Source: Chloroflexota bacterium
GTDB lineage: Bacteria > Chloroflexota > Dehalococcoidia > Lucifugimonadales > Australimonadaceae
Reading direction: 5' to 3'
Length of the DNA: 42,489 nucleotides
Assembly (NCBI GenBank): GCA_022574265.1
Contig: JACZSI010000001.1
Location: 1-42,489, forward strand
Shown here: in pieces, positions 37,161 to 42,489 of the stretch
How positions within the stretch are numbered: the stretch's first letter is position 1
Layout: each line of letters opens with the position of its first letter
The notes under the pieces: model-generated
The model's input: only the letters and a program-made list of their open reading frames with translations
Told to the model about the DNA's origin: nothing
Databases searched by the model: none
Made by a program: the position numbers and the translations under genes

Positions 37161-38068
37161 GCGAGGCCATCCTGCTCCGCGGCGTGAGAAAGGCCTTCGG
37201 CGACGTCCAGGCGCTTGATGGCGTCGACTTCGCCGTGGAGCGTGGCGAGGTCTTCGGCTTCCTGGGGCCCAACGGCGCGGGCAAGACCACGACCATCCGG
37301 ATCCTGACGGCGTTCATCCGCGCGCAGGCCGGCGAGGCGCGGGTGCTTGGCCTCGACGCCTGGCGCGACGCCGTGGAGATCAAGCGGCGGACCGGCTTCC
37401 TGCCGGATATCGTGAGCATCGGCTCCGGGTTCACGGGAGCGGCGTTCCTCGGCTACATCGCGCGCCTGCGGGGGTTCTCCGGCGCGCCGCCGCGCCAGCG
37501 CGAGCTGCTCGACCGCCTCGAGCTGCCGCGCAGCGCCCTGGCCAGGCGCGTCAAGGGCTACTCCACGGGCATGGCGAAGAAGCTCGCTCTGGTCCAGGCG
37601 ATGCAGCACGACCCGGAGCTGCTCATCATGGACGAGCCGACCGAGGCGCTGGACCCGCTGATGCGCCAGGTGCTCTTCGGCATCATGCGCGAGGCGCGCG
37701 CGCGGGGGGTGACGGTGTTCATGTCCTCGCACAACCTCGCGGACGTCGAGGAGATCTGCGAGCGCGTGGCGCTGATCCGCGGCGGGCGCATCGTCAAGAT
37801 GGGCTCGGTAGAGGCGCTGCGCGAGGGCCGCGCACGCACGATGGTCGTCGAGCTCCGCGAGCCGTTCGACGGCGACATCGACGTGGGCGGCGCAGAGGTG
37901 GTCTCGCGCGACGGCAACACGCTGCGCCTCGCGGTGAGCGGCGACGTGAACGACGTGCTCCGGGCCCTCGCGCGCTACGACGTGGCCGACCTGGTCTACG
38001 AGCGCCTCAGCCTGGACGAGCTGTTCCTGGGCTATTACGCCGGTGACGGCGAGGCCTCCGGTGCGTAG
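37157..38068 (+). CDS. ABC transporter ATP-binding protein (ABC-2 type)
   Basis: Only the last ~300 codons of track ORF 35600-38068 are real. ILLRGVRKAFGDVQALDGVDFAVERGEVFGFLGPNGAGKTTTIRIL, YSTGMAKKLALVQA and LLIMDEPTEALD are present. The only in-frame start that keeps the first beta-strand is CTG 37157, with GGAGGAGG 7 nt upstream, overlapping the recF stop. The next GTG is at 37184. Confidence 0.8.
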   Translation: MSEAILLRGVRKAFGDVQALDGVDFAVERGEVFGFLGPNGAGKTTTIRILTAFIRAQAGEARVLGLDAWRDAVEIKRRTGFLPDIVSIGSGFTGAAFLGYIARLRGFSGAPPRQRELLDRLELPRSALARRVKGYSTGMAKKLALVQAMQHDPELLIMDEPTEALDPLMRQVLFGIMREARARGVTVFMSSHNLADVEEICERVALIRGGRIVKMGSVEALREGRARTMVVELREPFDGDIDVGGAEVVSRDGNTLRLAVSGDVNDVLRALARYDVADLVYERLSLDELFLGYYAGDGEASGA

Positions 38069-38861
38069 CGTCTTCTGGCAGAGCTTGCGCAGCTATCGCA
38101 CCAGCCTCGGCGTCGTCTCGGCCGCCCTGTTCGGCATCAGCGTCGTCCTCGTGCTCACCTTCGAGGCGTTCGGCGGCATCGAGGGGTTCGAGGAGCTGTT
38201 GAAGCTCCTGCCGGAGGGCATGCGCGCGATGCTCAAGGCGCAGGGCGGCTTCGCGAGCGACGCCACGGGGTATATCGGCATGCAGTACCGGCACCCCTTC
38301 TATCTGCTCTCGACCTCCGGCTTCGTCATCGCCATGGCCGCGGGCGCGGTCGCGCGCGAGATCGAGCGCAGCACGGCGCTCATGCTGCTCGCCGTCCCGC
38401 TCGCGCGGTGGCGCTACCTCGCGGCGAAGATCGCGAGCATGGTCGTGGCCGTCGTCGTGCTGCTCGTTGCCGTCTGGGCCGGCACGGGAGCCGGGGTCGC
38501 GGTCACGGGCCTCGGCGGCGTCGACATGCTGAGCTTGCTGCTGGTGCTCGTGAACCTGCTGGCGCTCGCGCTGGCGATCGGCGGCATCGCGACGCTGCTG
38601 TCGTCGCTCTCAAGCGACGGTGGCCACGTCGTCTCGGTGGCGGCGGGGACGGCGGCGGCGATGTTCTTCGGCGACTTCCTTGCCACGATCTGGAGTCCGG
38701 CCGAGCTCGTGGGCTACGTGTCCCTGTACCACTACTACGACCCGCTCGGCGTCACGCAGAGCGGCCTGCCGGTGCGGGACCTGGCGGTCCTCCTCGGCGT
38801 CGCCGCCGCGGGCTTCGGCGCGGCGCTCGTGGCGTTCCAGCGCCGGGACCTCGCGGCGTAG
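38043..38861 (+). CDS. ABC-2 family transporter permease
   Basis: 272 aa with about 6 hydrophobic segments. It overlaps the ATPase gene end. The start is GTG 38043 or GTG 38061. Confidence 0.8.
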   Translation: MTARPPVRSVFWQSLRSYRTSLGVVSAALFGISVVLVLTFEAFGGIEGFEELLKLLPEGMRAMLKAQGGFASDATGYIGMQYRHPFYLLSTSGFVIAMAAGAVAREIERSTALMLLAVPLARWRYLAAKIASMVVAVVVLLVAVWAGTGAGVAVTGLGGVDMLSLLLVLVNLLALALAIGGIATLLSSLSSDGGHVVSVAAGTAAAMFFGDFLATIWSPAELVGYVSLYHYYDPLGVTQSGLPVRDLAVLLGVAAAGFGAALVAFQRRDLAA

Positions 38862-38870
38862 GGCGCCGCC

Positions 38871-39182
38871 TCACGCCACCTTCCAGTTCTCGACCTCCGC
38901 GTACTCGATCATGCCGTTCATCGTGCGCTCCCACTTGGAGAAGGCGTCCGCGGCGGCCTGGTTCCCCGCGACGAGCGCCTCCATGTCCAGCTCCGCCATG
39001 CTCTCGACCTCCCACTCCCAGACCACGCGGTCGGTGCGGCCGCTCTGGTGGTCCGTCAGGATGCGCTGCTTGAGCGCCATGCCGTGCTGGGCCGTGATCT
39101 TGCCGAACTCGCGCAGGTGCGCGACGAGCGGCCCCGCCTGCCCCACCTTCGCGTAGAACGTCCGCCGGTTGATGATTGCCAT
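38871..39182 (-). CDS. small protein of unknown function, NIPSNAP or dimeric alpha-beta-barrel-like
   Basis: 103 aa. The pattern MAIINRRTFYAKVGQ...HG...R.L.D......DRVVWEWEVESMAEL resembles the NIPSNAP/ABM fold. It lies 39 nt downstream of gatA on the same strand. Confidence 0.6.
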   Translation of the reverse strand: MAIINRRTFYAKVGQAGPLVAHLREFGKITAQHGMALKQRILTDHQSGRTDRVVWEWEVESMAELDMEALVAGNQAAADAFSKWERTMNGMIEYAEVENWKVA

Positions 39183-39221
39183 CGTGTCCCTCCTCTTCGT
39201 GTTGGTGTTCGCGCCCGCAGC

Positions 39222-40682
39222 TTACAGAGCCGGGTGCACGTCGTGCCACCCGGTCGCCTGCTCGTAGGCGTGCGCGGTCCGTAGCAGCGTCGCCTCGCTC
39301 AGGTGCGGCCCGATGAGCTGCATGCCCACGGGCAAGTCGTCGACGAACCCGCAGGGCACCGAGATTCCCGGGAGCCCCGCGACGTTGGCCGGGACCGTGC
39401 AGACGTCGTTCGCGTGCATCACGATCGGGTCCACGATCTCGCCGAGCTTGAAGGCCACGGTCGGCGAGGTGGGGGTGACGAGCACGTCGAGGCGCTCGAA
39501 CGCCTCGTCGAACTCGCGCCGGATCAGCGTCCGCACCTGCTGCGCCTTCTTGTAGTAGGCGTCGTAGTACCCGGCCGAGAGCGCGTAGGTGCCCATCAGG
39601 ATGCGGCGCTTCACCTCCGCGCCGAAGCCGTCGCGCCGCGTTGCCTCCAGCGCCGCCATCAAGCCGCGCTCTCCCTGGTCCGCGTACCCGTACTTGACGC
39701 CGTCGTAGCGCGCCAGGTTCGCCGAGCACTCCGATGGGGCCAAGACGTAGTAGACCGCGAGCGACGCCCGCGAGGTCGGCAGCGAGACGTCCCAGTCGAC
39801 GTCGGCGCCGAGCGCTTCGAGCTGGGCGATGGCGTCGCGCGTGACGCGGGCCACCTCCGGGTCGATGCCCTCGCCGAAGAGCTCGGAGACGACGCCGACG
39901 CGCAGCCCCCGCACGCCATCCTCGAGCCCGCGGGTGTAGTCCGGCGTCGGCGCCCCGATGCTCGTCGAGTCTCTGCGGTCGTGGCCCGCGATGGCGTTGA
40001 GCACGAGCGCGGCGTCCTCCACCGTGCGGGTCAGCGGCCCGATCTGGTCCAGCGACGACGCGAACGCGATCAGCCCGTAGCGGCTGACGAGGCCGTACGT
40101 CGGCTTGAGGCCAACGACGCCGCACAGCGCCGCCGGCTGGCGGATCGAGCCGCCCGTGTCGGAGCCGAGGGCGTAGGGGGCGAGACCCGCGGCGACGGCC
40201 GCCGCCGGCCCGCCGCTCGACCCGCCGGGAACGCGCTCCAGGTCCCACGGGTTGTGGACCGGCTTGAAGGCCGAGGTCTCGTTGGACGAGCCCATCGCGT
40301 ACTCGTCCATGTTGCCCTTGCCGAGCAGGACGGCGCCCGCGTCCGCGAGCGCTCCGGTGACGGCGGCGTCGTAGGGCGGGACGTAGGTCTCGAGCATCCG
40401 CGATGCGCACGTGGTCACCACGCCGCGCGTCGCCATATTGTCCTTGAGCTGCATCGGCACGCCCATCAGCGGGCCGCCGTCGCCCTTCGCGAGCGCGGCG
40501 TCGGCCGCCGCGGCCTGCTGCCGGGCGAGCTCGGGCGTGCGCGCGAGGTAGGCGCCGAGCGAGCCGTCCACCGCGTCGATGCGCCGCAGGTGGGCGTCGG
40601 CGAGCTCGACGGCCGAGAGCTCCCTGGCCCGCAGCGCGTCCGACATCTGCCGGACGCTCATGTAGTGCGCGTCAGCTGCCAC
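39222..40682 (-). CDS. gatA: Glu-tRNA(Gln)/Asp-tRNA(Asn) amidotransferase subunit A
   Basis: GVPMQLKDNMATRGVVTTCASRML..YVPPYDA.V...L..AGAVLLGK.NMDE.AMGSS.E.SAF....NPWD..RVPGGSSGG.AAAVAAG.AP.ALGSDTGGSIRQPAA.CG.VGLKPTYG is the amidase signature. The start is GTG 40682 or ATG 40661. Confidence 0.93.
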   Translation of the reverse strand: MAADAHYMSVRQMSDALRARELSAVELADAHLRRIDAVDGSLGAYLARTPELARQQAAAADAALAKGDGGPLMGVPMQLKDNMATRGVVTTCASRMLETYVPPYDAAVTGALADAGAVLLGKGNMDEYAMGSSNETSAFKPVHNPWDLERVPGGSSGGPAAAVAAGLAPYALGSDTGGSIRQPAALCGVVGLKPTYGLVSRYGLIAFASSLDQIGPLTRTVEDAALVLNAIAGHDRRDSTSIGAPTPDYTRGLEDGVRGLRVGVVSELFGEGIDPEVARVTRDAIAQLEALGADVDWDVSLPTSRASLAVYYVLAPSECSANLARYDGVKYGYADQGERGLMAALEATRRDGFGAEVKRRILMGTYALSAGYYDAYYKKAQQVRTLIRREFDEAFERLDVLVTPTSPTVAFKLGEIVDPIVMHANDVCTVPANVAGLPGISVPCGFVDDLPVGMQLIGPHLSEATLLRTAHAYEQATGWHDVHPAL

Positions 40683-40689
40683 GCCGCCG

Positions 40690-41001
40690 CTACTCCATCA
40701 CGGCGCGCACGCGGAAGTAGTCGCCCTCGCGCAGGGGCGCGTTCGAGAGCACGTCTTCCAGCCCCATCGGCTCGGCCGGCTCGTCGTCGCGCATGACGGT
40801 GTGGACGCCCTCCACGGCGTGCCCGGTCGGCTCGACGGCGGACGTGTCGATGGCCTGGAGGACGCTGACCTCGGCGACGAGCTTCGCCATCTCGCCGCGC
40901 AGCTGCTCCACCTCGTCGTCGCTCACGCCCACGTGGCAGAGCGTGGCGACGCGGCGGACCTCCTCGGCGCTCAACCGTCCGGGCTGTTCGTTCGTACTCA
41001 T
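40690..41001 (-). CDS. gatC: Glu-tRNA(Gln)/Asp-tRNA(Asn) amidotransferase subunit C
   Basis: The ATG at 41001 lies inside ORF 40690-41034. LSAEEVRRVATLCHVGVSDDEVEQLRGEMAKLVAEVSVLQAIDTSAVEPT.H. Confidence 0.88.
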   Translation of the reverse strand: MSTNEQPGRLSAEEVRRVATLCHVGVSDDEVEQLRGEMAKLVAEVSVLQAIDTSAVEPTGHAVEGVHTVMRDDEPAEPMGLEDVLSNAPLREGDYFRVRAVME

Positions 41002-41009
41002 GGCCCCGC

Positions 41010-41037
41010 AGTCTAGCAGGGCACAGCCCTGCACCCA
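41010..41037 (-). promoter_or_regulatory. -10-like TAGACT box fused to a family D palindromic unit, 8 nt upstream of the gatC ATG
   Basis: The minus strand reads GTGGGTGCAGGGCTGTGCCCTGC-TAGACT-gcggggcc-ATG. It is colinear with GTGGGTCGAGGGCTGTGCCCTCG-TAGAAT-ggg-GTG upstream of hisH. Confidence 0.5.
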
Positions 41038-41087
41038 CTAAACGGGCGCGGTGCAGTTCGCGCATGAGTGTGCGCTCGCTGGGCACC

Positions 41088-41216
41088 TGTCATGCTGAGC
41101 GCAGCGAAGCATCTCGTAGCTCGGTCCCTCTCCCGGCGCCCGGCGCCTAGGGCCGAGATGCTTCGCCCGCCGGAGCCTGCCCTGAGCCGAGCCGAAGGGG
41201 CGGCCTCAGCATGACA
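41088..41216. repeat. long imperfect palindromic intergenic element (family B)
   Basis: TGTCATGCTGAGCGCAGCGAAGCATCTCG (41088-41116) pairs with CGAGATGCTTCGC...CCTCAGCATGACA (41154-41216). The right arm carries an internal insertion of about 37 nt. The centre contains GGCGCCCGGCGCC. Confidence 0.6.
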
Positions 41217-41354
41217 ATGGCGACCGCGTCCCCGTCGGCGCCGCGCGCGTCCGTGCCATGATCGGTGCTTGGCCGCACTCGTAGGCGCTTCCACGTTGCT
41301 TGGTGGATTGCTAGTCTCTTTCTGAGCATCCGACCAAATCATGGAGCGTCAGCC

Positions 41355-41684
41355 ATGAAGATCTCTCAGATCTCCGAGTACAGCCTCCCAGCCGAGGGCG
41401 GGTTGCCGCCGCTTCAGGCGATGATCTACGAGGAGCTGTGCCGCCGCCCCGACGAGGTGTTCGAGTACCAGGGGGAGGAGCTCCTCCGCCTGTTCCCCCG
41501 GATGAAGCGCTCGGCGCTCAACTGGTCGCTCTGGCTGCTGGCGAAGTCCGGCCACATCGCCAAGATGCGCGTCCGCGTCAGCGGCAGGCTCACGACGGTC
41601 TACGGCACGCAGGAGGCCGTCGACGCGCTCAAGGAGCGCATGAGCATGCCCCGCGAGGCTCCGCTGGTCACCGGCGCCGCGTGA
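41355..41684 (+). CDS. small protein of unknown function, possibly winged-helix
   Basis: The ATG at 41355 has GGAG 8 nt upstream; the track start is 41265. 109 aa. The segment RSALNWSLWLLAKSGHIAKMRVRVSGRLTTVYG looks like a recognition helix plus wing. The stop overlaps the tag start (GTGA). Confidence 0.6.
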   Translation: MKISQISEYSLPAEGGLPPLQAMIYEELCRRPDEVFEYQGEELLRLFPRMKRSALNWSLWLLAKSGHIAKMRVRVSGRLTTVYGTQEAVDALKERMSMPREAPLVTGAA

Positions 41685-42250
41685 CCGGACCGGACGTCGT
41701 CCGCTGCTTCGGCGGGCCGGACGACCCGCTCATGGCCCGCTACCACGACGAGGAGTGGGGCGTCCCCGTCCACGACGACGCCAAGCTCTTCGAGTTCCTG
41801 GTGCTCGAGGGGTTCCAAGCCGGCCTGTCGTGGCGCACGATCCTGCACAAGCGCGAGAACTTCCGGCGCGCCCTCGACGGCTTCGACGCGGCGAAGATCG
41901 CCACGTATGGCCCGGCGGACCGCGAGCGGCTGATGGGCGATGCGGGGATCATCCGCAACCGCCTCAAGATCGAGGCCGTGGTGACCAACGCGCAGGCCTT
42001 CTTGGACACGCAAGCCGAGTTCGGCAGCTTCGACCGCTACATCTGGGCGTTCACCGGCGGCAAGACCCTCCGCCGCCCGGGCGTCATCACGTTCGAGGCC
42101 ATCCAAGCGACCTCGCTCGCGTCGGACGCGATGGCGAAGGGCCTCAAGGCGCGAGGGTTCCGCTTCGTCGGCTCGACGGTCTGCTATGCCCACATGCAGG
42201 CCACGGGCATGGTGAACGACCACATCACGGCCTGCTTCCGGGCGCCCTAG
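41681..42250 (+). CDS. tag: DNA-3-methyladenine glycosylase I
   Basis: The GTG at 41681 lies inside ORF 41438-42250. RC.....DPLM..YHD.EWGVP.HDD..LFE.L.LEGFQAGLSW.TIL.KRENFR.A...FD...IA..........D.GIIRNR.KI.A...NA.AFL....EFGSF..YIW.F. Confidence 0.9.
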   Translation: MTGPDVVRCFGGPDDPLMARYHDEEWGVPVHDDAKLFEFLVLEGFQAGLSWRTILHKRENFRRALDGFDAAKIATYGPADRERLMGDAGIIRNRLKIEAVVTNAQAFLDTQAEFGSFDRYIWAFTGGKTLRRPGVITFEAIQATSLASDAMAKGLKARGFRFVGSTVCYAHMQATGMVNDHITACFRAP

Positions 42251-42336
42251 GCGCCGCTGAGACCAACGTCAGCTACATCAGCGAGCTCTGCCTCAGTACC
42301 TCGATCCCGTCGCGGGAGCGTCGGCCGGCCACGACC

Positions 42337-42442
42337 GTTTCGACCATCCCCCCGTCCCCCTTCCTCGCCAGGAAGGGGGTGATAAAGCCAACGACGGGGG
42401 ACACCCCCGTGCCCCCGGCAAAGGGGCTTCGCCCCTCTGCAC
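42337..42442 (-). repeat. three-hairpin intergenic element (family C), copy 2, inverted relative to copy 1
   Basis: The rc reads GTGCAGAGGGGCGAAGCCCCTTTGCCGGGGGCACGGGGGTGTCCCCCGTCGTTGGCTTTATCACCCCCTTCCTGGCGAGGAAGGGGGACGGGGGGATGGTCGAAAC. Confidence 0.75.
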
Positions 42443-42448
42443 TCCCCC

Positions 42449-42489
42449 TTGGAGCGCAGCGCGAGTTCGGCAGGTTCGACCGCTACATC
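42449..42489 (+). pseudogene. second, 5'-truncated tag-like segment (paralogue or duplication remnant) running off the right edge
   Basis: CTTGGAGCGCAGCGCGAGTTCGGCAGGTTCGACCGCTACATC aligns with tag 42001-42043, CTTGGACACGCAAGCCGAGTTCGGCAGCTTCGACCGCTACATC. The encoded peptides are REFGRFDRYI and AEFGSFDRYI. The similarity starts exactly at the edge of repeat C2. Confidence 0.4.

Noticed and set aside
34672-42442. The block flanked by inverted family C copies as a composite transposon or genomic island.
   Set aside because: There is no transposase, integrase or target-site duplication. The content is housekeeping (recF, gatCA, tag). The GC content and codon style look the same as the flanks. 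The repeats are better explained as dispersed REP/MITE-like elements.

Overview
This is a very GC-rich bacterial chromosomal segment made almost entirely of core housekeeping genes. The centre (7.7-29.7 kb, + strand) is one uninterrupted ribosomal super-operon: rpsL-rpsG-fusA-(no tuf)-rpsJ-rplC-rplD-rplW-rplB-rpsS-rplV-rpsC-rplP-rpmC-rpsQ-rplN-rplX-rplE-rpsN(type Z)-rpsH-rplF-rplR-rpsE-rpmD-rplO-secY-adk-map-infA-rpmJ-rpsM-rpsK-rpsD-rpoA-rplQ-truA-rplM-rpsI. The left flank holds a secreted S8 peptidase with PKD repeats (truncated by the window edge), an alpha/beta hydrolase, an MFS transporter coupled to hisA-hisH, and an FMN-dependent alpha-hydroxy-acid dehydrogenase. The right flank holds a SAM-I riboswitch-controlled operon (rhodanese-ahcY-metK-phosphohexomutase), a Cys-repeat lipoprotein, recF fused in an operon to an ABC-2 transporter, gatC-gatA plus a small NIPSNAP-like gene, and a small wHTH-like gene coupled to tag. 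I saw no transposase, integrase, CRISPR array, tRNA or rRNA gene, toxin-antitoxin pair or recognisable defence gene, so I cannot honestly name a discrete new system. Six things deserve a second look. (1) Tandem-repeat low-complexity tails sit on uL3, uS3, uS17, uL5, uS5 and uL13 across the operon. (2) A 2-nt repeat-unit deletion truncates the uS3 tail and leaves about 300 nt of coding-like sequence where rpsC and rplP normally abut. (3) Four families of structured intergenic repeats occur; one lies in promoter position upstream of hisH, gatC and the riboswitch operon, and another flanks the 34.7-42.4 kb block in inverted orientation. (4) recF, hisH and gatC have leaderless-type promoters. (5) uS12 carries an insertion. 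(6) A second partial tag copy starts right after a repeat element at the window end. Many long ORFs in the supplied track are GC-driven antisense or out-of-frame artefacts. Several track starts are over-extended, because the track also uses GTG/TTG/CTG starts.
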